Source: Chloroflexota bacterium
GTDB taxonomy: Bacteria; Chloroflexota; Anaerolineae; Promineifilales; Promineifilaceae
DNA length: 64,000 nucleotides
Assembly (NCBI GenBank): GCA_024275635.1
Contig: JAJRYT010000114.1
Location: forward strand, 28,292 to 92,291
Direction of reading: 5' to 3'
This document shows positions 37,485 to 48,213 of the stretch, piece by piece. Position 1 is the stretch's first letter, and the number at the start of each line of letters is the position of its first letter. Under the pieces are notes generated by a model. The model did not search any database. It saw only the letters and a list, made by a program, of their open reading frames with translations, and was not told where the DNA came from. The position numbers and the translations under genes were made by a program.

Positions 37485-38217
37485 TTGCCGCCGTAATCAA
37501 GGATTTTAACTTGCCGTAATGGGATCCTTTCCAATAAATCTGGTTGCAGCCGCGGCAAATCCGGAACTCGTGAAAATATAACTTTGTTTTTGGCGCCAGC
37601 CGGTGCATGATCGTTTCTTTCTTCACCGGCTGGAGTTGGCCGTTACAGCGCAGGCAGCGGCTCCAAGGGGTGATTTGGTTGTAGAGTTGGTAGCGGTGGA
37701 GAACGGCCGTTACCTGTTCCCGTGAATCCTTCGTCCGCAAGCAATAACCAAAAGTCACCAGACTACGCTTCAGCAAACCCCGATCCCGCGTCAACAAAAT
37801 ACGCCCCTCATCATGTGCAATTTGAGCCAGTTCCGGGTCGTCGGCTGTGTCATTGAGATAGAGCGCATCAAAACCCAGCAAACGCAAATAACGGGCCAAC
37901 CGTCCCAGATGATTATCCAGAATGAAGCGGTGCGGTTTAGGTAAAGGCGGGCGCAGCTGTGTCACTGGCGACACGTCAATCGTGGCGAAGGCCGGGTAAA
38001 TACTGATCCGGTCGCCATCCTGCACCAGGTAATTAAAGCCCACTGGCTGCCCGTTAGCCAGAATCAGTTCGACTTCGGTGTGGGGGATGCCCGCCGCCTC
38101 AATCATATGTTTGACAGAGACCGGGCCTTGAAAGGGGTAGACGACCGTGCGTTGCCGCTTCTTCGGCGGCGCAAAATCATTCAACTCTGCATAAAATCGA
38201 AAGTAAGCGGCGTCCAT
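37426..38217 (-). CDS. Mut7-C RNase domain protein with N-terminal ubiquitin-like (beta-grasp) domain and C-terminal Zn ribbon
   Basis: SVKHMIEAAGIPHTEVELILANG..V...LVQDGDRISIYP (Mut7-C ubiquitin), FILDNHLGRLARYLRLLGFD (PIN-like Mut7-C) and CLRCN...CRGCNQIYWKGSH. Confidence 0.75.
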   Translation of the reverse strand: MDAAYFRFYAELNDFAPPKKRQRTVVYPFQGPVSVKHMIEAAGIPHTEVELILANGQPVGFNYLVQDGDRISIYPAFATIDVSPVTQLRPPLPKPHRFILDNHLGRLARYLRLLGFDALYLNDTADDPELAQIAHDEGRILLTRDRGLLKRSLVTFGYCLRTKDSREQVTAVLHRYQLYNQITPWSRCLRCNGQLQPVKKETIMHRLAPKTKLYFHEFRICRGCNQIYWKGSHYGKLKSLITAAISDGNRKSQKSAPHLPGSE

Positions 38218-38224
38218 CGTTACC

Positions 38225-38257
38225 AGAAATCCGATTTCTTGGAGAAATCGGATTTCT
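38225..38257. repeat. perfect 15-bp-stem hairpin
   Basis: agaaatccgatttct-tgg-agaaatcggatttct, between the tex stop and the Mut7-C gene start. Confidence 0.8.
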
Positions 38258-38259
38258 AA

Positions 38260-40386
<2,127 letters not shown>

Positions 40387-40571
40387 AATTCGTTCGGTGC
40401 CATCTATAAATCGTTTCAACCGCCTTCGCTTCGATACCTTCCGGCGAGATATTGTAAGCTGTTTGAGAATTACCCTCAAACATTTGCCTCAACCGCGCAA
40501 ATAATGATGAGTGGCGATTAGTACTCTAGCCACTTCCCATTTTAGTCACTTCCCACTTGCGGTTTACCGCG

Positions 40572-41657
40572 TTATGATTTTGCGCTGTTTTGTTGCACTG
40601 TTTCCACCACCATATCCCCTACCTGCGTTGTACTCAGCCCGCTGCGGGCATTGACTGATGGAATCTTGCCGCTGGAGAGGAGTTGGGCGACGGCCGTTTC
40701 AATCCGCTGCGCCCCCTGTTTCTCCCCCACATAATCCAGCATCATACTCACCGCCATAATCGCCCCCAATGGGCAGGCCACATTCTTGCCGCCGTACTTG
40801 GGCGCGGAACCGTGAATCGGCTCAAACATCGAAGTCTTGCCCGGATGCAAATTGCCGGAAGCGGCGATGCCCACCCCCCCTTGCAGCATCGAACCCAGGT
40901 CGGTGATGATATCGCCAAACAGATTCGTCGTCACAATCACCTCAAACCATTCCGGGTTCTTCACCATCCACATGGTGCAGGCATCCACGTAAGCGTGATC
41001 CTGCTGCACGTCCGGGTACTCCTCGCCTACTTCGGCAAAAGCGCGCGTCCAGATGTCGTGCGGCCGTACCGCGTTCGCCTTATCCACCAGCGTCAGCCGG
41101 GCTGGTTTGCCCAATTCGGCCGCCCGCGTCTGCGCCAGCTCATAGCCGTAGCGGATCGCCCGTTCCACCCCCTTGCGCGTGTACACCCCGGTGACGGTCG
41201 CCACCTCATCCGGCGTCCCTTTCTTCAGGATGCCGCCGATTTGGGCGTACAGCCCCTCGGTGTTCTCGCGGACGACGACCATGTCAATGTCCTCCGGCCC
41301 CTTATCCTTCAGCGGGCACAAATGGGCGGCGTACAGCTTGATAGGGCGCAGATTGATATACAAATCCAGGCCAAAGCGCAGCCCCAGGATGACTGACCGT
41401 TCCACCAGCCCCGGCTCCACGTCCGGGTGGCCGATGGCTCCCAGGTAAACGGCGTCCAGCCCGCGCCACTCCTCAATCACCCGTTCCGGCACCAGCTCCT
41501 TCGTCTTCAAATAATATTCGCCGGAATAGGGGTACTCGACCAGGTTGCAGTCGAACCCTTCATCCTTCATCACTGTGCGCAGCACCTTCAGCCCTTCATT
41601 CGCTACCTCCGGGCCAATGCCGTCGCCGCCGAGTACACCGATATTGTAAGTTGTCAT
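40572..41657 (-). CDS. isopropylmalate/tartrate/isocitrate dehydrogenase family enzyme (LeuB-like)
   Basis: [13 protein letters not shown]...LGAIG...NLRP...[10 protein letters not shown]...[10 protein letters not shown]...GSAPK. The ATG at 41657 has AAGGAG 6 nt upstream. Confidence 0.85.
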   Translation of the reverse strand: MTTYNIGVLGGDGIGPEVANEGLKVLRTVMKDEGFDCNLVEYPYSGEYYLKTKELVPERVIEEWRGLDAVYLGAIGHPDVEPGLVERSVILGLRFGLDLYINLRPIKLYAAHLCPLKDKGPEDIDMVVVRENTEGLYAQIGGILKKGTPDEVATVTGVYTRKGVERAIRYGYELAQTRAAELGKPARLTLVDKANAVRPHDIWTRAFAEVGEEYPDVQQDHAYVDACTMWMVKNPEWFEVIVTTNLFGDIITDLGSMLQGGVGIAASGNLHPGKTSMFEPIHGSAPKYGGKNVACPLGAIMAVSMMLDYVGEKQGAQRIETAVAQLLSSGKIPSVNARSGLSTTQVGDMVVETVQQNSAKS

Positions 41658-41693
41658 GGTTGCTCCTTTTTCCACTTTGTGTTTGATGTGACA

Positions 41694-41801
41694 GGAGATT
41701 GGAGACTGGAGACTGGAGACTGTAAATCTTCGCCGCTAGTCTCTAGTCTCCTAGTCTCTAGTCTCTAATCTCTAATCTCTAATCTCTAATCTCTAATCTC
41801 T
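41694..41801. repeat. long heptamer hairpin (GGAGACT x3 / TAGTCTC x4) followed by (TAATCTC)x6
   Basis: ggagattggagactggagactggagactg...ctagtctctagtctcctagtctctagtctc taatctc taatctc taatctc... Confidence 0.9.
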
Positions 41802-41803
41802 TA

Positions 41804-42958
41804 TCATCTACTTCCCGCCAACTTCCGCGCAATTATCAATCTTTGAATCTGCGCTGTTCCCTCATAAATCTGCAAAATCTTGGCGTCCCGCATCCACTTT
41901 TCCACCGGATAGTCGCGGATAAAGCCGTAGCCGCCCAGTACCTGCACCGCGTCCGTCGTCACCTTCATCGCCACGTCGGCCGCGAACAATTTAGCCATAC
42001 TCGCCTCTTTCGTACACGGCTTCCCCCGGTCGGCCAGGCGGGCGGCGCGCCAGGTGAGCAGGCGAGCAGCATCAATCTGCGTCGCCATCTCTGCCAGCAT
42101 GAAGGCGATGGCCTGGCGCTGGATGATCGGCTTGCCGAACTGCACCCGCTCCTGGGCGTATTGCAGGGCATATTCGTAGGCGGCGCGGGCCAGCCCAACG
42201 GCCGCAGCCGCGATGTGTGTCCGCGTGATCTCGAAGGTCTTCATGGCGAGCTTGAACCCTTCCCCTTCTTCGCCCAACCGGTTCTCGACAGGGACGCGCA
42301 TATCTTCAAATGCCAGCGTCGCTGTGGGCGAGGCGCGAATGCCCATCTTCTTCTCCTTCTTACCGATGACCAGGCCGGGCGTGTCCTTCTCCACGATGAA
42401 GGCGGTGATCCCCCGGTGTCCCCGGCTGACGTCCACGGTGGCGAAGACGACGAAGATGTCAGCGATGGGGGCGTTGCTGATGAAATGTTTGTAGCCGTTG
42501 AGGATGTAATGACGGCCGTCCCGCCACGCTTCCGTCGCCAAACTGGCCGCATCCGACCCGGCCGAAGGTTCTGTCAGGGCAAAGGCGCCGATGGCCGGTT
42601 TACGGCCGTAGCTAAACTCGGACAGGAACTTGAATTTCTGGTCGTCGCTGCCGGCCAGGATGATGGGAGTAGCGGCCAGAGCGGTAGCGCCGATGATGGA
42701 GCGCACGGCCGTACACCCCCAGGCCAGCTCCTCATTCACCAGCGCCTGGGTCACCTTATCGGTCACGTCCCCGCCGCCGTACCGTTTGGGAATGTAATAG
42801 GAAAAGAACCCGGCTTCGGCCGCTTTTTCGATGACCTTCCAGGGCACTTCTTCCCGCTCGTCGTATTCAGCGGCGACGGGCCGGATATCTTTCTCGGCAA
42901 AGCGGCGGGCCATCTCCCGCATTTCGCGCTGTTCGTCACTCAGTTCAAAATCAATCAT
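41804..42958 (-). CDS. acyl-CoA dehydrogenase
   Basis: MIDFELSDEQREMREMARRFAEKDIRP...ALTEPSAGSD...YEGTAQIQRLIIAR is the classic ACAD pattern. Confidence 0.9.
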   Translation of the reverse strand: MIDFELSDEQREMREMARRFAEKDIRPVAAEYDEREEVPWKVIEKAAEAGFFSYYIPKRYGGGDVTDKVTQALVNEELAWGCTAVRSIIGATALAATPIILAGSDDQKFKFLSEFSYGRKPAIGAFALTEPSAGSDAASLATEAWRDGRHYILNGYKHFISNAPIADIFVVFATVDVSRGHRGITAFIVEKDTPGLVIGKKEKKMGIRASPTATLAFEDMRVPVENRLGEEGEGFKLAMKTFEITRTHIAAAAVGLARAAYEYALQYAQERVQFGKPIIQRQAIAFMLAEMATQIDAARLLTWRAARLADRGKPCTKEASMAKLFAADVAMKVTTDAVQVLGGYGFIRDYPVEKWMRDAKILQIYEGTAQIQRLIIARKLAGSR

Positions 42959-42977
42959 ATGCCCTCACTCTCTCGCT

Positions 42978-43535
42978 TTACTTGTTCCTACGCTCAGCAT
43001 GAAAAGAGGCAGAATTATTCAAGACAATAGGCAGGAATATTTTTGTAGACCCTAACTGTGAAATCACTATCCAAGTGCCAGACGCTCTACACAGACTTTG
43101 TAAAGTCTCATCATAATAATAGACATAATAATCGCCCGTTCCGGTAATTGCTGATGTGAAGGTTCCTGTAAAGACTTTTCCAAAGCCATCGATTATGAAA
43201 GTATCGTCAACAATTGGAGTTCCGGGAGCATTGCCCAGGGTAATGGAGCTAAAGATTGCAGGTCTGATCAACGTGCCACATCGTTCATCATAACTAATTT
43301 CGAAAGGAGTCACATGGGTGCGGGTTTCATTAACTGTGAAACTAATCGAATATCCCTCGCTTGTATTACCTTGCCAGTTACCCTTAGATGGTGCAAATGA
43401 AAATGCGAGAATCGGTTTGGTCGACTGATTACCAAGCGAAACAAACCTTATTGTGAGCAATAGAAGAATAAGTGAGTATGTAAATGTAAAGCAAAGTCTT
43501 ACAAAAAGATGTTTCCTCATTTTTCTCATTCTCAC
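42978..43535 (-). CDS. hypothetical secreted protein (AT-rich insertion)
   Basis: 185-aa ORF with a signal-like N-terminus. Markedly AT-richer than both flanks. No domain recognised. Confidence 0.5.
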   Translation of the reverse strand: MRMRKMRKHLFVRLCFTFTYSLILLLLTIRFVSLGNQSTKPILAFSFAPSKGNWQGNTSEGYSISFTVNETRTHVTPFEISYDERCGTLIRPAIFSSITLGNAPGTPIVDDTFIIDGFGKVFTGTFTSAITGTGDYYVYYYDETLQSLCRASGTWIVISQLGSTKIFLPIVLNNSASFHAERRNK

Positions 43536-43628
43536 ACTCTGTGTAGAGATGCTTGCCGGAACGCTCCGTATTTTACTTGACGCGGAGCGTCTGCCCGTTC
43601 AGTCTACGCTCCGCGTGGAATGAGGCAA

Positions 43629-45665
43629 TTATGCTTCCTGCGCCAGCCGATCCTCGACGTAGGCCAACAGGCCGCCCCGGTCAATGATGCGCTGGAGGAA
43701 GTCGGGGAAGGGTTGGGCGCGGTAGGTTTCGTCTCGCGTCAAGTTGCGAATGACGCCGGCGGCCGGTTCCACTTCCACCCGGTCGCCCTCCTGGATGCGG
43801 TCTACCGCTTCCGGGCATTCCAGGATGGGCAGGCCGATGTTGATGGCGTTGCGGAAGAAGATGCGGGCGAAGGATTTGGCGATGACGGCCGATACCCCCG
43901 CCGCTTTAATCGTCAACGGGGCCACTTCCCGCGAGGAGCCGCAGCCGAAATTGGCGTCGGCCACGATCAGGTCGCCGCGGCTCATGTTATTGACGAACTC
44001 CGCGTCGGCGTCTTCCATGCAGTAGAGGGCCAGTTCGCGCGGGTCGGCCGTGTTACAGCGGCGGGCGGGGATGATGGCGTCGGTGTCTATGTTTTGGCCG
44101 AATTTCCAGGCCGTGCCGTGGATGCGCACCCGTTCCCGCAGATATTCCTTCCACACCGGGCCGCCGCCGCGCCGGGGCAGGGCGTCGAAGAAGAGGACGC
44201 GGTCGGGCCGGGCGTAATCGGCTAAATGTTCGGCGGCGAAGTTGAGTAAATCTCCCTCGCTGAAATCGGCCGACGGCCGTTTCACCACACAGGCGCACGA
44301 TATTTCCCCGTAAATCAGGTCGGGGATGCTGACGACGGCCGCTTCCTTCACCCCCGGATGGGAGCGCAAAACCATTTCCACCGGGCCGGGGTACACTTTG
44401 AAGCCGCCGCGGTTGATCACCTCATCCTTGCGGCCGACGATACGCGCCGGGCCGTCGGGGTCAATCACCGCCAGGTCGCCGGTGCGCAGCCAACCGTCGC
44501 TGTCAATCGCCTCCGCCGTTGCCTCCGGGTCGTCCCAGTACCCCTTCATCACGTTGTAGCCGCGCACGCATAATTCGCCCTCCGCCCCTGGGGGCAAATC
44601 GCGTCCCTGCTCGTCCACCACTTTTAGCTCAATGCCCTCGTGGGGACGGCCGACGGTTTCCACGGCCGTCACTGGGCCATCGTCAAAGCGCGTAATCGTC
44701 ACGCCGGGGGAGGCTTCCGTCAGCCCGTAAGCCAACAGCAACTGGCAGCCCATCTCCTCGCGGACGCGGCGCACCAGTTCCGGCGGGCAGGGCGCGCCGG
44801 ACATGATGCCGGTGCGCATCCGGCAGGCGGCGGGGTCAAAATCGGGGTGGTTCAATTCCAGGCTGAACATGGTGGGGACGCCGTGATGGATGGTGACGCT
44901 CGCTTCCCGGATGAGGCGCAGGGCGTCGCCGGGGCGGTAGCGGGGCAGGCAGACGAGTTCGGCCCCGGCGATGGCGCCGGCCAGGATGGTGGGCGTAATG
45001 CCGAAGGCGTTGGAGAAGGGGACGGCTCCCAGGAAGACGTCGTCGGGTGTGGCGGCCAGTATCTGGGCGACGGCGGCGGCGTTGCGCGCCAGGCCGCCGT
45101 GCGTCAACATCGCCCCGCGCGGCTGGCCCGAGCTGCCCAGCGTATGGGCGATGACGGCCGTGTCCTCCAGTCTGGTTGTAGGTGCGGGGGGAACGGCCGC
45201 GCTTCCCAACAAATCCGCCCATTCCGCGCTGCCAACGGCAATCACGCGCTCCAAGTCGGGCAAATCGGCCTGCAAACGGCGGGCCAGAGCCAGGTGATCC
45301 ACGCCGTGAAAATTATCCGGGTCGGAGAAGGTAAGCAGTGCGCGGGGGCGGGTCTTTTCCAGCCGGGCGGCCACCTCTGTCTCGTGGCGGCGGACGTTGA
45401 TGGGGACTAAAATCAGCCCCACTTTGGCGGCGGCGAACAGCGCCAGCACATATTCCGGCAGGTTGGGCAGGAGGACGGCCAGCCGGTCGCCCGCTTCCAG
45501 CCCCAGCCGGCGCAGCCCGGCGGTCAGAGCGTTGGCCTGTCGCTCCGCTTCGGCGTAGGTGATGCGGTCATTTCCCAGGCGCAAGAACGGCCGTTGGCCA
45601 TATTTCGCCGCCTGGGTAGCTAGTAGTTCGCCAATGGTCATTTGGTGGGTAGGTTCGTAGGTCAT
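43629..45665 (-). CDS. fusion protein: AMP-dependent acyl-CoA synthetase/ligase + LeuD-like (aconitase-family small subunit) domain
   Basis: N-terminal ~500 aa AMP-binding (TLGSSGQPRGAMLTH...YGLTE...GWLRTGD). C-terminal ~165 aa GQNIDTDAIIPAR...ANFGCGSSRE...FFRNAIN, as in LeuD/HacB. Confidence 0.8.
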   Translation of the reverse strand: MTYEPTHQMTIGELLATQAAKYGQRPFLRLGNDRITYAEAERQANALTAGLRRLGLEAGDRLAVLLPNLPEYVLALFAAAKVGLILVPINVRRHETEVAARLEKTRPRALLTFSDPDNFHGVDHLALARRLQADLPDLERVIAVGSAEWADLLGSAAVPPAPTTRLEDTAVIAHTLGSSGQPRGAMLTHGGLARNAAAVAQILAATPDDVFLGAVPFSNAFGITPTILAGAIAGAELVCLPRYRPGDALRLIREASVTIHHGVPTMFSLELNHPDFDPAACRMRTGIMSGAPCPPELVRRVREEMGCQLLLAYGLTEASPGVTITRFDDGPVTAVETVGRPHEGIELKVVDEQGRDLPPGAEGELCVRGYNVMKGYWDDPEATAEAIDSDGWLRTGDLAVIDPDGPARIVGRKDEVINRGGFKVYPGPVEMVLRSHPGVKEAAVVSIPDLIYGEISCACVVKRPSADFSEGDLLNFAAEHLADYARPDRVLFFDALPRRGGGPVWKEYLRERVRIHGTAWKFGQNIDTDAIIPARRCNTADPRELALYCMEDADAEFVNNMSRGDLIVADANFGCGSSREVAPLTIKAAGVSAVIAKSFARIFFRNAINIGLPILECPEAVDRIQEGDRVEVEPAAGVIRNLTRDETYRAQPFPDFLQRIIDRGGLLAYVEDRLAQEA

Positions 45666-45683
45666 AATATTTCCTGTGTATTT

Positions 45684-45787
45684 GGTAATCGGTAATTAGT
45701 AATTGGTAATCGGTAATTAGTAATTGGTAATCGGTAATTAGTAATTGGTAATTGGTTAATTACTCAATTACCAATTACCCAATTACC
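45684..45787. repeat. heptamer array: 3 x 21-bp (ggtaatc ggtaatt agtaatt) then an inverted AATTACC arm
   Basis: Three exact 21-mers at 45684-45746, then ggtaattggttaattactcaattaccaattacccaattacc. The 3' part encodes the last residues of the PaaI-like ORF. Confidence 0.9.
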
Positions 45788-46213
45788 ATCTTCCAAAAAC
45801 TGCTCCTTCTTCCGGTAAGCCATGCCGTGCAGCTCGGCAATCAAGTTCTCCTCGTCATCCGTCACCGTCATCCGGCAGAGGGCGGTGCGGCCGCCGCGAC
45901 GGATTTCAACGGCAACGGCCGTCAGCACGGCCCCCGGTTTCGGCGTGGTCACAAAATGGATGTCCATGCTCAAGGCCAGCGCCGTCTGCCCCGACGAGTT
46001 ACAGGCAGCGGCAAAAGCGACGTCGGCCAGAGCAAAAACGGCCGCGCCGTGCAGCAGGCCGTGCCCGTTGGTCAGGTGCGGAGCCATCCGCATCTCCGTC
46101 CGGGCGTACCCCGGCCGCACCGCTACCAGTTCAACCCCCAAGCGCCGGGCCAACTGGTCTCGTTCTGCCATAAAGCGGTGGACGGCCGCGGCCGTTTCGT
46201 TTTCGTTCATCAA
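45764..46213 (-). CDS. PaaI-family hotdog thioesterase
   Basis: HLTNGHGLLHGAAVFALADVAFAAACN... is the PaaI/YdiI signature, ~140 aa. The C-terminal NWVIGN tail is encoded by a heptamer repeat. Confidence 0.8.
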   Translation of the reverse strand: MMNENETAAAVHRFMAERDQLARRLGVELVAVRPGYARTEMRMAPHLTNGHGLLHGAAVFALADVAFAAACNSSGQTALALSMDIHFVTTPKPGAVLTAVAVEIRRGGRTALCRMTVTDDEENLIAELHGMAYRKKEQFLEDGNWVIGN

Positions 46214-46219
46214 TGACTA

Positions 46220-46328
46220 CACAGAGAGCACAGAGGAGACGCGGAGATCACAGAGAGAATACAAAGATTTGTTCCTTTTTTCTCTTCTTTCTCCGTGTTC
46301 TCTGTGTCATCTCCGTGCCCTCTGCGTC
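46220..46328. repeat. CACAGAG/CTCTGTG hairpin element, left copy flanking the GxxExxY gene
   Basis: cacagagagcacagaggagacgcggagatcacagagag...ctccgtgttctctgtgtcatctccgtgccctctgcgtcc. Confidence 0.85.
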
Positions 46329-46724
46329 CTATCCCATTACAAAACGTCGAATCCCGTTTTTGAGCAGTTTGACCTGGAAGTTGAGCAGCAGGCCAACTTT
46401 GCAGCCAGACAATTTCAAGTAGGACAAAACTTGGGCTTCGTGAACGGGTAAAATGTGTTCAACAACTTTAAGTTCGACAACAATCTTGTCTTCAACCAGT
46501 AAATCAATCCGGTAGCCCTGCTCCAAACGAATTTCTTTGTAAACCAGCGGCAGCGCCTTTTGTCGCTCAACCTTCAATCCTAACTTTTCTAACTCATAAA
46601 CCAGACAGGTCTCGTAAGCAGATTCCAGCAACCCCGGCCCCAAATGCCGATGCACCTCAATCGCCGCGCCGATAATCTGCTCTGTCAACTTGTTCATCTT
46701 AGCCCGGATTCCATTCATAACCAT
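46329..46724 (-). CDS. GxxExxY family protein
   Basis: LTEQIIGAAIEVHRHLGPGLLESAYETCLVYEL...YRIDLLVEDKIVVELK...SYLKLSG..VGLLLNF matches the GxxExxY family pattern (GLLESAY). Possible start at 46697. Confidence 0.8.
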   Translation of the reverse strand: MVMNGIRAKMNKLTEQIIGAAIEVHRHLGPGLLESAYETCLVYELEKLGLKVERQKALPLVYKEIRLEQGYRIDLLVEDKIVVELKVVEHILPVHEAQVLSYLKLSGCKVGLLLNFQVKLLKNGIRRFVMG

Positions 46725-46743
46725 TATTTCTTTCTAAGAATTA

Positions 46744-46859
46744 CACAGAGCGCACAGAGAGGGGATACAAAGATTCATAGAGAGGACACAAAGTTGTTGT
46801 TTTTCTTTTCTCTCCTTTCTTTCTGTTCTCTGTGTCTTCCCTCCGTGCTCTCTGTGTCC
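46744..46859. repeat. CACAGAG/CTCTGTG hairpin element, right copy flanking the GxxExxY gene
   Basis: cacagagcgcacagagagg...ctgttctctgtgtcttccctccgtgctctctgtgtcc. Same orientation as 46220-46328. Confidence 0.85.
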
Positions 46860-48121
46860 TAATTCATCACCTCGTCCGGCGACGTAATCACGCCGGTGAT
46901 GGCCGAGGCCGCCGCCACGTAAGGATTCGCCAGGTAGACCTCGCTCTCAATATGTCCCATCCGGCCGTGGAAATTACGGTTGCTGGTGGAGACGCAGCGT
47001 TCCCCTTCGGCCAGGACGCCCATGTGCCCGCCCAGACAGGGGCCGCAGGTCGGCGTCGTCACCGAGCAGTTGGCGTCCACGAAAATCTCGATCAGCCCTT
47101 CGCGCAGGGCGTCCAGGTACACTTTTTGGGTGCCAGGAACGATGACAGCGCGCACGTGTGGGTGAATTTTGCGCCCTTTCAGCACCTCGGCCGCCGCCCG
47201 CAAATCGGCCAGGTTGCCGTTGGTACACATGCCGATGACCACCTGGTCAATTTCCAGCCCGGCCAGTTCCGATACCGGCTTGACGTTGGAGGGGAGAAAG
47301 GGGGCGGCGATGAACGGTTCCATCTGTGTCACGTCGTATTCGTACACGGCCGCATATTCCGCATCCGGGTCGCTCTCAAAATATAATCCTTCCCGGTCGC
47401 CCCGCTGGCGCACAAATGCCCGCGTCACCTCGTCGGCGGCAAACAGCCCGGCCATCGCCCCCGCCTCAATCGCCATGTTGGCCATCGAGAAACGGGAGGC
47501 CATGCTCAAATGGGGCACGGCCTCGCCAGTGAACTCCATCGCCTGGTAGCGCGCCCCGGCCACGCCGATGTCGCCAATCGTGTGCAAAATTAAATCCTTG
47601 CCGCCGACCCATTTGGGGGGACGGCCGTGATAGACGAATTTGATGCTCTCCGGCACTTTCAGCCATACTTCCCCCAGCGCCATCGCCGCCGCCGCGTCCG
47701 TCGAGCCGATGCCGGTTCCGAACGCGCCCAGGAAACCATAGGTGCAGGTGTGCGAATCGGCTCCGGCCACCAGGTCGCCGGGGACGACGATCCCCTGTTC
47801 CGGCAGGAGGACGTGCTGAATCCCGGCCCGGCCCACGTCGTAAAAGCGGATGCCGTGCTTGCGGGCGAAGTCGCGGCAGCGTTTGACGATTTGGGCGCTT
47901 TTGATGTCTTTGGCCGGGGTGAAATGATCCATGACGAAGACCACCTTCTCCGGCTCGCGCACCCGCGCCCCTTTGATTTTCTCGAATTCCTCAATTGCCA
48001 GGACGCCGGACAGTTCCGAAGCCAGCGCCACGTCTACGCGGGCATTGATGAATTCCCCCGGATACACTTCATCCTGGTCGCATTTAGCAGCCAATATTTT
48101 TTCGGCAAGGGTGTGTCCCAT
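46859..48121 (-). CDS. LeuC/HacA-like aconitase-family dehydratase large subunit
   Basis: MGHTLAEKIL...DHF.P...GADSHTCT...CTNG...CGPCLG...SNRNFHGRMG, with the three Fe-S Cys ligands. ~420 aa archaeal-type LeuC. Confidence 0.85.
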   Translation of the reverse strand: MGHTLAEKILAAKCDQDEVYPGEFINARVDVALASELSGVLAIEEFEKIKGARVREPEKVVFVMDHFTPAKDIKSAQIVKRCRDFARKHGIRFYDVGRAGIQHVLLPEQGIVVPGDLVAGADSHTCTYGFLGAFGTGIGSTDAAAAMALGEVWLKVPESIKFVYHGRPPKWVGGKDLILHTIGDIGVAGARYQAMEFTGEAVPHLSMASRFSMANMAIEAGAMAGLFAADEVTRAFVRQRGDREGLYFESDPDAEYAAVYEYDVTQMEPFIAAPFLPSNVKPVSELAGLEIDQVVIGMCTNGNLADLRAAAEVLKGRKIHPHVRAVIVPGTQKVYLDALREGLIEIFVDANCSVTTPTCGPCLGGHMGVLAEGERCVSTSNRNFHGRMGHIESEVYLANPYVAAASAITGVITSPDEVMN

Positions 48122-48156
48122 ACTGTCTCCTTAATTAACGAGTTGGTTATTGGAAA

Positions 48157-48213
48157 TTAGAGACTGGAGACTAGAGATTAGAACAGTCTCCGATCTCTAG
48201 TCCCTAGTCTCTC
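48157..48213. repeat. heptamer hairpin, GGAGACT/TAGAGAC family
   Basis: ttagagactggagactagagatta...cagtctccgatctctagtccctagtctctc. Confidence 0.8.

Noticed and set aside
40387-40479. N-terminal extension of tex (track start 40479)
   Set aside because: The extra 31 residues are Arg/Lys-rich and not part of Tex family N-termini. The conserved Tex start (MDYSAKIA...IPFVARYRKE) begins at 40386.
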